Source: Okamejei kenojei (lineage: Eukaryota). From it: a stretch of DNA of 64,000 bases. Numbering within the stretch: position 1 is the first letter of the stretch; each line of letters begins with the position of its first letter. Made by a program: the position numbers and the translations under genes. The notes below the pieces were generated by a model. The model ran no database searches, was not told the DNA's origin, and saw only the letters and a list, made by a program, of their open reading frames with translations. Positions 34,001 through 45,009 of the stretch are shown in pieces. The DNA is taken from NCBI GenBank assembly GCA_035221665.1, contig JAVHYY010000483.1, positions 1 to 64,000 of the forward strand, written 5' to 3'.

Positions 34001-37000
34001 GCACTGCCTCAATCACAAGGATGTCCTTCCTCAAATTAGGAGACCAAAACTGTACACAGATGTGGTCTCACCAGAGCCCTATACAACTGGAGAAGAACCT
34101 CTTTACTCCAGTACTGAAATCCTCTAGTTATGAAGGCCAACGTGCCATTAGCTTTCTTGCTGTACCTGCACGCCAACTTTCAGTGACCGGTGTACAAGGA
34201 CGCCCAGGTCTCGCTGCACCTCCCCCTTACCTAACCTGGAGCGATATAGAACAAATGAATGAAAGATATGCAAAAAAGTAAGGATGAGAAAGGAAACGGG
34301 CCATTGTTAGCCGATCGCTAGGTGTGAACGAGAAACTGGTGCGACTTGGGTGGGGGAGGGATCTCACTGAATGGCCTAGTCCTGCACCTATTGTCCATTA
34401 CCTCCCAACTCCAATACTCTGACTGAAGAAGGCCAAAGTGCCAGATGTCTCTGACCAACCTATCCAAATTGTGGGCCGAATTGAAGGGTGTATTTCCCTT
34501 GCTGTATCTCAAAACTCTAAAAGAATAGATACCCGGACTTCACAAAGTGTCTTCTCTGCAGAACGCAACCTGGCAGTGTCGAATGAAGCTTTGATCGTCG
34601 TTGGAAGTGTGGTGGGATTACTAGGAATCTCTGCAGCGGTGGTCACCATGGTGATTCATTGCTGGCTCTCATATGGTAAGTTAAGTCTACTATCTAAATG
34701 GCGTCAAGTTGGGAAAAACGGAAGTACAACGGGATCTGGGGGTCCTTGTACATCAGTCTATGAAAGTAAGCATGCAGGTACAGCAGGCAGTGAAGAAAAC
34801 AATTGCCATGTTGGCCTTTATAACAGGAGGAATCAAATATAGGAGCAAAGAGGTCCTGCAGTTGTACAGGGCGCTTGTGAGACCATACCTGGAGTATTGT
34901 GTGAGACCACATCTGGAGTATTGTGTGCAGCTTTGGCCTGTTGGCCTTCACAACAAGAGGAGTTGAGTATTGGAGCAAAGAGGCCCTTCTGCAGTTGTAC
35001 AGGGCCCTGGTGAGACCACACCTGGAGTATTGTGTGCAGTTTTGGCCTGTTGGCCTTCACAACAAGAGGAGTTGAGTATTGGAGCAAAGAGGCCCTCCTG
35101 CAGTTATACAGGGCCCTGGTGAGACCACACCTGGAGTATTGTGTGCAGTTTTGGCCTGTTGGCCTTCATAACAAGAGGAGTTGAGTATTGGAGCAAAGAG
35201 GCCCTTCTGCAGTTGTACGGGGCCCTGGTGAGACCACACCTGGAGTATTGTGTGCAGTTTTGGTCCCCTAATTTGAGGAAGGACATTCTTGCTATTGAGG
35301 GAGCCCAGCGTAGGTTCACCAGGTTAATTCCCGGGATGGCGGGACTGTCATATGCTGAGAGAATGGAGCGGCTGGGCTTGTACACTCTGGAGTATAGAAG
35401 GATGAGAGGGAATCTCATTGAAACATATAAGATTGTTAAGGGCTTGGACACGCTAGAGGCAGGAAACATGTGCCCGGCGTTGAGGGAGTCCAGAACCAGG
35501 GGCCACACACAGTTTAAGAATAAGGAGAAAGTCATTTAGAACGCAGATGAGGAAAAACCTTTTCTCACAGAGAGTGGTGAGTGTGGAATTCTCTTATTCT
35601 CATTCCTATTCTTATTGTTAAACTGTGGCCCCTGGTTCTGGACTCCCCCAACATTGAGAACATGTTTCCTGCCTCTAGCGTGTCCAAACCATTAATAATC
35701 TTTTATGTTTCATAAGATCCCCTCCCATCCTTTTAAATTCCAGAGTGTACAAGTCCAGCCGCTCCATTCTCTCAGCGTATGACAGTCCCGCCATCCCGGG
35801 AATTAACCTGGTGAACCTACGCTGCGCTGCCTCAATAGCAAGAATGTCCTTCCTCAAATTAGCTGACCAAAACTGCACACACTACTCCAGGTGTAGTCTC
35901 ACCAGGGCCCTGTACAACTGCAGAAGGGCCTCTTTGCTCCTATACTAAACTCCTCTTGTTATGAAGGCCAACAGGCCAAAACTGCACAATACTCCAGGTG
36001 AGGTCAATACTCCAGGTGAGGTCTCACAACTGCAGAAGGGCCTCTTTGCTCCTATACTCAACTCCTCTTGTTATGAAGGCCAACAGGCCAAAACTGCACA
36101 CAATACTCCAGGTGTGGTCTCACCAGGGCCCTGTACAACTGCAGAAGGGCCTCTTTGCTCCTATACTCAACTCCTCTTGTTATGAAGGCCAACAGGCCAA
36201 AACTGCACACAATACTCCAGGTGTGGTCTCACCAGGGCCCTGTACAACTGCAGAAGGGCCTCTTTGCTCCTATACTCAACTCCTCTTGTTATGAAGGCCA
36301 ACAGGCCATTGGCTTTCTTCACCGCCTGCTGTACCCGCATGCTTACTTGATGTGGAGTGAATTTATAGAGGTGTATAAGACCATGAGGGGAACAGACCGG
36401 GTAGACGCACAGTTCTTTTACCCAGAGTAGGGGAATTAAGATCTAGACGTCATACTGTAGGTTTAATGTGAGGGGGGAAAGATTTAATAGGAACTTGAGG
36501 AGCTTGTTTCAATATTGATGCGAAACATGTCATCTCTCCATTCCTTTGCACAGGTGGAAAGAAGTCAGACCTTACTCCAACAGGTGAGCGAAAAGTCTCA
36601 ATAGCTTTTGTATAATGTAGACATAAGCATAATGTACCACCCCCTCTCCCATCAGGCAAGAGGTACAGAAACATAGACAATAGGTGCAGGAGGAGGTCAT
36701 TCGGCCCTTCGAGCCAGCACCACCATTCATTGTGATCATGGCTGATCGTCCCCTATCAATAACCCGTGCCTGCCTTCTCCCCATATCCCTTGACTCCACT
36801 AGCCCCTGGAGCTCTATCTAACTCTCTCTTAAATCCATCCAGTGACTTGGCCTCCACTGCCCTCTGTGGCAGGGAATTCCACAAATTCACAACTCTCTGG
36901 GTGGAAAAGTTTTTTTCTCACCTCAGTCTTAAATGGCCTCCCCTTTATTCTAAGACTGTGTGGCCCCTGGTTCTGGACTCGCCCAACATCGGGAACATTT

Positions 37001-40000
37001 TTCCTGCATCTAGCTTGTCCAGTTCTTTTATAATTTTATATGTTTCTATAAGATCCCCCCTCTTCCTTCTAAACTCCAGTGAATACAAGCCTAGTCTTTT
37101 CAATCTTCCCTCATATGACAGTCCCGCCATCCCAGGGATCAATCTGGTGAACCTACGCTGCACTGCCTCAATCACAAGGATGTTCTTCCTCAAATTAGGG
37201 GACCTAAACTGTACGCAATACTCCAGATGTGGTCTCACCAGGGCCCAATACAACTGCAGAAGAACCTCTTTACTCCTGTACTGAAATCCTCTTGTTATGA
37301 AGGCCAACGTTCCATTCGCTTTCTTCACTGCCTGCTGTACCTGCACGCCAACTGGTGTACAAGGACACCCAGGTCTCGCTGTGCCTCCCCCTTACCTAAC
37401 CTAACCCCATTGAGATAATAATCTGCCCCCTTGTTTTTGCCACCAAAGTGGATAACCTCTCATTTATCTATATTATACTGCATCTGCCACGCATCTGCCC
37501 ACTCACTCAACCTGTCCAGGTCCCCCTGCAACCTCCTAACATCCTCTTCACCGTGACAGCAATAAATTAAATGCAATACAATGTGACTTTGCTCTTTCCA
37601 CAGTCGGCTTCAACAAGGAGACTGGGTTATGCCGAACCTACACTTGCAGTGGGAGTCTGCACTCCAACACTTCCAACAGTTCAAATTCCAGCGGAGATTC
37701 AGGTACTACGAGACGCAGGAATACAATTAGGTATGGGTGACGTTTCGGGTCGAGACCCTTCTTCAGACCCGAAACGTCGCCTATTTCCTTCGCTCCATAG
37801 ATGCTGCCCCACCCGCTGAGTTTCTCCGGGATATTTTTGTCTGGAGCGGCTGGGCTTGTACACTCTGGTGTTTCGAAGGATGCGAGGGGATCTTATTGAA
37901 ACATATAAGCTTATGAAGGGATTTGGACACGCCAGAGGCAGGAAACATGTCCCCGATGTTGGGGGAGTCCAGAACCAGGGGCCGCACACACACAGTTTAA
38001 GAACAAGGGGTCGGCCATTTAGAACGGAGGTGAGGAAATAGTCACTCTAATTGATGACCGAGTCAGAAGGTGATCTGTAAGAAAGAACTGCAGATGCTGG
38101 AAAAATCGAAGGCAGAGAAAAGTGCTGGAGTAACTCAGCGGGTGAGGCAGCATCCATGGAGCGAAGGAATCGGCGACGTTTCAGGACGACACCCTTCATC
38201 CCCCACTCCCCCCCCCCCCACTCTCACATCAGTCTCAAGAAGAGTCTCGACCCGAAACGTCGCCTATTTCCTTTGCTCCACAAAGAATTCCACGGACTCG
38301 CAACTCTCTGTGAGAAAAAGTGTTTCCTCGTCCCCATTCTAAATGGCCGACCCCTTATTCTTAAACTGTGTGTGTGTGTGGCCCCTGGTTCTGGACTCCC
38401 CTTCTTCTTCTTTCGTGTGGCGTTGCACAGCCTAAAGTTGTCGGACAACTTGTTCTATTTGATCTTCCGTTTGTGCACTGTGTGTCGAGTCGATTGCATT
38501 CGTCGAAACAGGGCGGGCCACGTGAAGGTCGCAGTCTTCCACCCCTGGACTCCCCCAACATCGGGAACATGTTTCCTGCCTCTGGCGCGTCCGAACCCTT
38601 AACAATCTTATATGTTTCAATGAGATCTCCTCTCATCCTTCTAAACTCCAGAGTGGACAAGCCCAGCCGCTCCATTCTCTCAGCGTATGACAGTCCCGCC
38701 ATCCCGGGAATTAACCTGGTGAACCTACGCTGCACTCCCTCAATAGCAAGAATGTCCTTCCTCAAATTAGGGGACCAAAACTGCACACAATACTCCAGGT
38801 GTGGTCTCACCAGGGCCCTGTACAACTGCAGAAGGACCTCTTTACTCCTATACTCAACTTTTCTTGTTATGAAGGCCAACAGCCCAAAACTGCACACAAT
38901 ACTCCAGGTGTGGTCTCACCGGGGCCCTGTACAACTGCAGAAGGGCCTCTTTGCTCCTGTGCTCATCTCCTCTTGAGTCAACATGCCATTCGCTTCCTTC
39001 ACTGCCTTGCACTAAACATTATTCCCTTAACATGTATCTGTACGCTGTAAACAGCTCGATTGTGATCGTGTATAGTCTTTCCGCTGACTGGTTAGCACGT
39101 AACAAAAGCTTCTAACTGTACCTCGGTAAAAACTACAGGCCCACTGCGACATCTACAGAGACAGTCTCCGTATCTAGAATCAGGAATTGAAAGGGGCAAG
39201 GCAGTCCTTTTCCTGAGAGGTTATTAACAAAGATAATAATTCCCGCACCTTATTTGCCGCTGTCGATAGACTGACAAACCCCTCGTCATCAGTCCCTCCT
39301 GAGCTCCCGTCCAGCGAGTCGTGCAATGACTTTGCAGATTTCTTCGCTGGTACAATTCTGAAGATAAGACAAACCATGTGTAGCTCCACCTCAGGGAACG
39401 TGGCCTTGTCACTTATGCACTCCAGATTCACTAACGAATCGACCACATTTTGAACTTTTAGACTGTGCATCTCTGACTGAAACTGTTCAGCAGCTAAAGT
39501 CCGCTACCTGCTGCCTTGATCTGCTGCCCACAAGCTTCTTTAAAAATATTTTTAACAGTGTTGCACCAGAAGTGCTGAACATAGCAAACACTTCCCTTCA
39601 ATTGGGGCATTTTCCCAAAGCCTTAAAAACTGCAGCGATCAAACCCCGATTGAAGAAGCCTAATCTGGATGCCTCAAAGCAGCTACAGGCCCATATCTAA
39701 TTTAGCATTTCTAGCAAAGATCATTGAACGGGTAGTTTACCAACAAATTTACTGCTTTATGATCCAAAACAATATTTTTAATGTTTTCCAGCCGGGATTT
39801 TGGCCACATCACAGCACTGAGACTACACTTACTAAGGTCCTAAACGACCTACATCTAAACAGTTTTAAAGAAGGAACTGCAGATGCTGGAGAATCGAGGG
39901 TTACACAAAAAGCTGGAGAAACTCAGCGGGTGCAGCAGCATCTAAGGAGCGAAGGAGATAGGCGACGTTTCGGGTCGAGACCCTTCTTCAGACTGTGTTC

Positions 40001-42706
40001 CCTTTATCACCGATACTTTTTTGCATATCTTTCACTCATTGTTCCTTATCTCTCCACATCACCGTCTATATCTCTCGTTTCCCTGATCCCTGACCAGTCT
40101 GAAGAAGGGTCTCGACCCGAAACGTCGCCTATCTCCTTCGCTCCTTAGATGCTGCTGCACCCGCTGAGTTTCTCCAGCTCTTTGTGTCCCCTACATCTAA
40201 ACAGTGATGCATCAAAAGCTTCAGTTTTGGTACTTCTAGACCTCAGTGCTGCTTTTGATACGGTGGACCATAACACACTGCTTGACCGACTGGAGAAGTG
40301 GGTAGGGCTCTCTGGTTCTGTGCTGGACTTGGTTCAAATCCTACTTGAAAGGTCGGGATTATTTTGTTTCCCCTGGCGATTATGAATCAGAACGTACAAA
40401 ACTCACATGCGGGGTTCCTCAGGGCTCCATGCTTGGACCCATTTTGTTCAATATTTACATGCTCCCCCCTAGCTCAGATCATAGAGTATTTTAACACATC
40501 CTGCCAGACTTATGCCGGTGACACACAACTTTATATCGCAGTGTTACCACACGACCATAGTCCCCTACACTCACTGAGTCAGTGTGTCAAACAATTGCAA
40601 TGAGTGGATGAACCAGAACCTCCTCCAGCTCAATGCAAATAAGACAGAAATTACTGTCTTTGGTCCCAAAAATACAAGGCTAGAGGTGAGTGCTCAACTT
40701 GACTCAATCGCACTGAAAACTACAGACCTTGGTGTAGTTATGGACTCGGATTTGAATTTTAACAGCCATATAAACACCATTACCAAATCTGCCTATTACC
40801 ATCTAAAAAACATTGCAAGAATCAAGGGATTTCTGTCCAAAGAAGATACTGAAAAACTTGCTCATGCATATATCTTCAGTCGGTTAGATTACTGTAATGG
40901 GATCTTTACGGGTCTCAGTAAAAAATCAATGAAACAACTGCAGCTTGTCCAGAATGCCACTGACCAACACCAAGAAAATGGACCACATTGCACCTGTCCT
41001 TAAATCTTTGCACTGGCTCCCTGTGCGAACAAGGATAGACTGTAAAATTCTGTTACTGGCCTACAAGGCACTGAATGGTCTGGGTCCAAAATACATCTCT
41101 GACCTTCTTGTTGTGTATGAGGCACCTAGACTCCTCGGGTCCTCAGGGACAGGTTTACTCTGCGTTCCCAGGGTCAGAACTAAAAAGGCTGAGGCAGCGT
41201 TGAGTTTTTATGCTCCAACACATGTGGAACACGCTCCCTGAACACCTGAGGTGTGTGCAGACTGTAAGCTCATTTAAATCAGGCCTAAAAACACTGTTGT
41301 TTACTGTAGCTTTTCCATAACCCAACATGCAGGTAATCTTAACCTTCAAATCTTATCCCTTTTATGTGCTTTTAAAATTGTTTTATTGTTTTAGTGACTT
41401 TGTTTTACTATTCATGCATTTGTCTTATAGCTTGTTTTGTAATTTTTGATTATTGGCCTGTGTTGTGTGGCTGTTCTGCTGCCTTTTTATTATGTTATTC
41501 TTTTGTTTCTTTTGTAAAGCACTATGAATTGCTGCATGTAGGAATGGTGCTAGATAAATAAATTTGCCTTGCCTTGCCTAGGAGTGAACGGGTCCTTTTC
41601 AGAATGGCAGGCAGTGGCGAGTGGAGTGCCGCAAGGCTCGGTGTTGGGGCCGCAACTGTTTACCATATATATATATATATATTAATGATTTGGAAGAGGG
41701 AATTAGGAGCAACACTAGCAAGTTTGCAGATGACACAAAGCTGGGTGGCAGTGTGAACTGCGAAGAGGATGTTAGGAGGTTGCAGGGGGACCTGGACAGG
41801 TTGAGTGAGCGGGCAGATGCGTGGCAGATGCAGTATAATATAGATAATGTGAGGTTATCCACTGGCAGCAAAAACAAGGGGGAAGATTATTATCTCGATG
41901 GGGTTAGGTTAGGTAAGGGGGAGGTACAGCGAGACCTTGTACACCAGTCACTGAAAGTTGGCGTGCAGGTACAGCAGGCAGTGAAGAAAGCTAATTGGCC
42001 TTCATAACAAGAGGATTTCAGTACAGGAGTAAAGAGGTTCTTCTGCAGTTGTATAGGACTCTGGTGAGACCACATCTGGAGTATTGTGTACAGTTTGGGT
42101 CTCCTAATTTGAGGAAGGACATCCTTGTGATTGAGGCAGTGCAGCGTAGGTTCACGAGATTGATCCCTGGGATGGCGGGACTGTCATATGAGGAAAGATT
42201 GAAAAGATTAGGCTTGTATTCATTGGAGTTTAGTAGGATGAGGGGGGATCTTATAGAAACATAAAATTATAAAAGGACTGGACAAGCTAGATGCAGGAAA
42301 AATGTTCCCAATGTTGGGTGAGTCCAGAACCAGGGGCCACAGTCTTAGAATAAAGGGGAGGTCATTTAAAACTGAGGTGAGAAAAAACCTTTTTACCCAG
42401 AGAGTTGTGAATTTATGGAATTCCCTGCCACAGAGGGCAGTGGAGGCCAAGTCACTGGATGGATTTAAGAGAGAGTTAGATAGAGCTCTAGGGGCTAGTG
42501 GAGTCGAGGGATATGGGGAGAAGGCAGGCACGGGTTATTGATTGGGGACGATCAGCCATGATCACAATGAATGGCGGTGCTGGCTCGAAGGGCCGAATGG
42601 CCTCCTCCTGCACCTATTGTCTATGTTTCTGTGACAATAAACTAAACTGAACTTGCTCTTTATGTTTTCTTTTACAGCTGATGGATTGACTAAATCTTCG
42701 GCGTAA
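21981..42706 (+). CDS. WB: MHC W-category beta chain (class I alpha2/alpha3-like domains in a class II beta architecture); join(21981-22053,29833-30102,32495-32767,34562-34675,37604-37702,42678-42706), 285 aa
   Basis: Six exons, all introns phase 1 and GT-AG; total 858 nt, open to TAA. Confidence 0.88.
22098..22300 (+). mobile_element. tRNA-derived SINE (HE1/V-SINE type) in WB intron 1
   Basis: A/B-box-like head (GGTTCGATCC) followed by the V-domain-like GGAGTTTGCACG...GTGGGTT.TCTCCGGGTGC.CCGGTTTCCTCCCA. Confidence 0.75.
22300..22945 (-). mobile_element. CR1-clade LINE 3' fragment
   Basis: ORF 22411-22911; (CTATGTTT)n tail. Confidence 0.9.
24350..25505 (+). mobile_element. CR1-clade LINE (HER1-like), longest RT fragment in the window
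   Basis: 284-aa ORF with SGVPQG.VLGP.LF.IYIN and FADDTKL; 3'UTR and microsatellite tail. Confidence 0.95.
26200..26565 (-). mobile_element. Rex1/Babar-type LINE 3' fragment
   Basis: [12 protein letters not shown]...[18 protein letters not shown]...SHPGH.LF..LPSG. Confidence 0.8.
28820..29815 (-). mobile_element. CR1-clade LINE fragment with 109-bp duplications, ending ~17 nt before the WB beta1 exon
   Basis: ORF 28966-29469 and repeated units. Confidence 0.88.
29833..30102 (+). CDS. WB: WB exon 2, beta1 groove domain ([11 protein letters not shown]...DGYDGE...NLCDRIKRL...)
   Basis: 270-nt phase 1-1 exon; G.H......GC, YDG and a helical Cys, as in class I alpha2 and class II beta1; N-glycosylation sequons NKS and NVT. 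Confidence 0.92.
30500..31160 (-). mobile_element. L1-clade LINE ORF2 3' remnant
   Basis: SWENEL...[14 protein letters not shown]...SPICDKC....ANLSHSF..C. Confidence 0.75.
32495..32767 (+). CDS. WB: WB exon 3, beta2 Ig-C1 domain ([21 protein letters not shown]...[10 protein letters not shown]...YVCQVEH)
   Basis: 273-nt phase 1-1 exon; canonical C1-set motifs; class I alpha3-like P..DGTFQ. Confidence 0.93.
32856..33361. mobile_element. MITE with terminal inverted repeats (PIF/Harbinger-like)
   Basis: TTAA-GGGCCCGTCACACTT...AAGTGGGACAGGCCC-TTAA; inserted into a Penelope-derived repeat. Related ends occur at ~48372 and 57364-58047. Confidence 0.7.
34562..34675 (+). CDS. WB: WB exon 4, CP/TM ([38 protein letters not shown])
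   Basis: 114-nt phase 1-1 exon; hydrophobic helix with GxxxGxxG; GTAAGT donor. Confidence 0.87.
34685..36350. mobile_element. Tail-to-tail CR1 LINE pair, each with 109-bp tandem arrays
   Basis: + copy 34685-35590 and - copy 35615-36350. Confidence 0.85.
36667..37550 (-). mobile_element. CR1-clade LINE 3' fragment
   Basis: ORF 36945-37346 plus 3'UTR. Confidence 0.9.
37604..37702 (+). CDS. WB: WB exon 5, cytoplasmic ([33 protein letters not shown])
   Basis: CTTTCCACAG acceptor; 99-nt phase 1-1 open exon in a unique island between LINEs; Ser-rich like MHC class I tails. Confidence 0.7.
39120..41580 (+). mobile_element. L2-clade LINE RT fragment (interrupted at 39864-40189)
   Basis: [57 protein letters not shown]; (TTGCC)n tail. 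Confidence 0.9.
39864..40189. mobile_element. Penelope-derived fold-back insertion flanked by a 16-bp direct duplication
   Basis: CCTACATCTAAACAGT at 39848-39863 and 40190-40205; internal ~85-bp inverted repeats. Confidence 0.75.
41580..42630 (+). mobile_element. CR1-clade LINE RT 3' fragment
   Basis: [11 protein letters not shown]...VRPHLEYC...WNSLP and 3'UTR. Confidence 0.9.
42678..42706 (+). CDS. WB: WB exon 6, cytoplasmic end ADGLTKSSA*
   Basis: TTTTCTTTTACAG acceptor, phase 1, TAA followed directly by a G|GTACG donor (suggests a separate 3'UTR exon). Confidence 0.6.
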
Positions 42707-45009
42707 GGTACGATCGGTCAATTTTATTCTTGCTATTGAGGGAGCCCAGCGTAGGTTCACCAGGTTAATTCCCAGGATGGCGGGACTGTCAATCGCTGAG
42801 AGAATGGAGCGGCTGGGCTTGTACACTCTGGAGTTTAGAAGGATGAGAGGGAATCTTATTGAAACATATAAGATTATTAAAGGTGGAGGCAGGAAACATG
42901 TCCCCGATGTTGGGGGAGTCCAGAACCAGGGGCCACACACACACACAGTTTAAGAATAAGGGGTCGGCCGTTTAGAACGGAGACGAGGAAACACTTTTTC
43001 ACACAGGCTGTGGAATTCTCTGCCTCAGAGGCCGGTTCTCGGGATACTTTCAAGGGCGAGCTAGTTAGATCTCTTAAAGATAGCGGAGTCAGGGGATATG
43101 GGGAGAAGGCAGGAACGGGGTGGTGATTGGAGATGATCAGCCAAGATCACATTGAATGGCGGTGCTGGCTCGAAGGGCCGAATGACCTCTACTCTTGCAC
43201 CTATTGTCTATTATCCATTGGGCACAACTTGTCCTGTAATCTGGGATGGGGGGGAATTCCCAAATGTGGTCAGTTGGGATATTTTTTTCAGAAGTTAGTC
43301 TGAACTAACTTCAGGCAGCCCCGACATTCCCTCTCTCTCTCTATCCCTCGGTATAAACCAGCCTCTGGAGTTATTTTATATATATGGTGTGGTGTGGTGT
43401 GGTGGCATTATGTTTTTATTATTTTTTTAGCTGCGTATATGTGGGGATCTTATTGAAACATGGGGTGGGGAAAACCGTGTAATCTCTTCCCTGTACGGGG
43501 GGACCCGACCTTTTTCCCTGTCGGGTCTCCGGTGTCATTGGGCCTAACATTGTGGAGCCGGCGTTAACCTCCCAGCCGGGAACCAGCCTGAGGGCTCCAT
43601 TCGCGGACCGATTTCGGAACGGGAAGAGCCGTGGTGGCGCGCGGCTGCGACCCGACATGACTTCGGAGCTTCGGAGGCCCGGTGGACGGGAACATCGGGA
43701 GCTGGTGGGAGACCGCTTTTCGGGAACTTCTCCCGCCGGGGGCCTAACATCGCCCGGCGCGGCTTAAACGGCCACGGGACTAACCATCGCCCGCCGGGGG
43801 GGGGGCTTTAACAACGGGAGCCCCAGTTCGCCTCGACGCTGCAGCTGGACTGCTGGACCGCGGGAGAAGAACAAGGGGAAGAGATAAGACTTTTGCCTTC
43901 CATCACAGTGAGGAGGTGTTGGAGATTCACTGGGATGGATGTTTGTGTAAATTGTGTTAAGTGTGTGTCTTGGTTTTTTTTGTAATGTTAAGACTGTAAA
44001 AAATGCAATTTCGTTCAGACCAAGATGAATGACAATAAAAGGCATTCTATTCTATTCATAGAATCATAGAAAATAGGTGCAGGAGTAGGCCATTCGGCCC
44101 TTCGAGCCTGCACCGTTATTCAATATGATCACGGCTGATCATCCAACTCAGTATCCCGTACCTGCCTTCTCTCTATACCACCTGATCTCTTTAGCCGCAA
44201 GGGCCACATCTAACTCCCTCTTAAATATAGCCAATGAACTGGCCTCAACTACCTTCTGTGGCAAAGAATTCCACAGACTCACCAATCTCTGTGTGAAAAA
44301 TTATCTTCTCAGCTCGGTCCTAAAAGACTTCCCCCTTATCCTTAAACTGTGTGACCCCTTGTTCTGGACCTCCCCAACATCGGGAACAATCTTCCTGCAT
44401 CTAGCCTGTCCAACCCCTTAAGGATTTTGTAAGTCTCTATAAGATCCGCCCTCAATCTCCTAAATTCCAGCGAGTACAAGCCGAGTCTATCCAGTCTTTC
44501 TTCATATGGAAGTCCTGCCATCCCAGGAATCAGTCTGGTGAACCTTCTCTGTACTCCCTCTATGGCAAGAATATTCTATATATATATGTATATACTAGAC
44601 CAAGGGGGACCCGTTGGGTCCCATTCTCACACGGGAGGCCTGGTCCCGTGTGAGAATGCGCTGATGTTGTATAATTTGTAAATTGTAAATAACTTGTAAA
44701 AAATAAGATAATTGTGAATGCATCTCACTCTCCCTCTTCAGTTCCCATATTCCCCTCTTCCATTATCCTCCCTCTCCCCACCCTCCTCTGCCTCCTCCCA
44801 TCGCCCCTCCCTCCCTTCCCCTGTTTCCGCTCTGTATCTCTAAGGTCTAAATCGGTCTGAATCGAGCTGAAAACTCAAAATCATTCCATGATATGTTCAT
44901 TCGAAAAGATGCGGGATCGGTTTGGACTTTAGATTTTTCAACTGCAGCCATTCAAGGTCAATCTAAAGCATTTAACTCTTTGTTCACAGAACACACCGTT
45001 GGACTCGGG

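Noticed and set aside
37571-37819. ORF-track translation ([12 protein letters not shown]...) as the WB tail
   Set aside because: Wrong frame; phase-1 splicing from the TM exon gives VGFNKETG...
21981-42706. Calling the + strand gene a conventional MHC class I heavy chain
   Set aside because: I found no alpha1 exon between the leader (22053) and 29833, which is filled with repeats. The TM has class II-type Gly motifs, and a divergent partner supplies alpha1 plus a beta2m-like domain.
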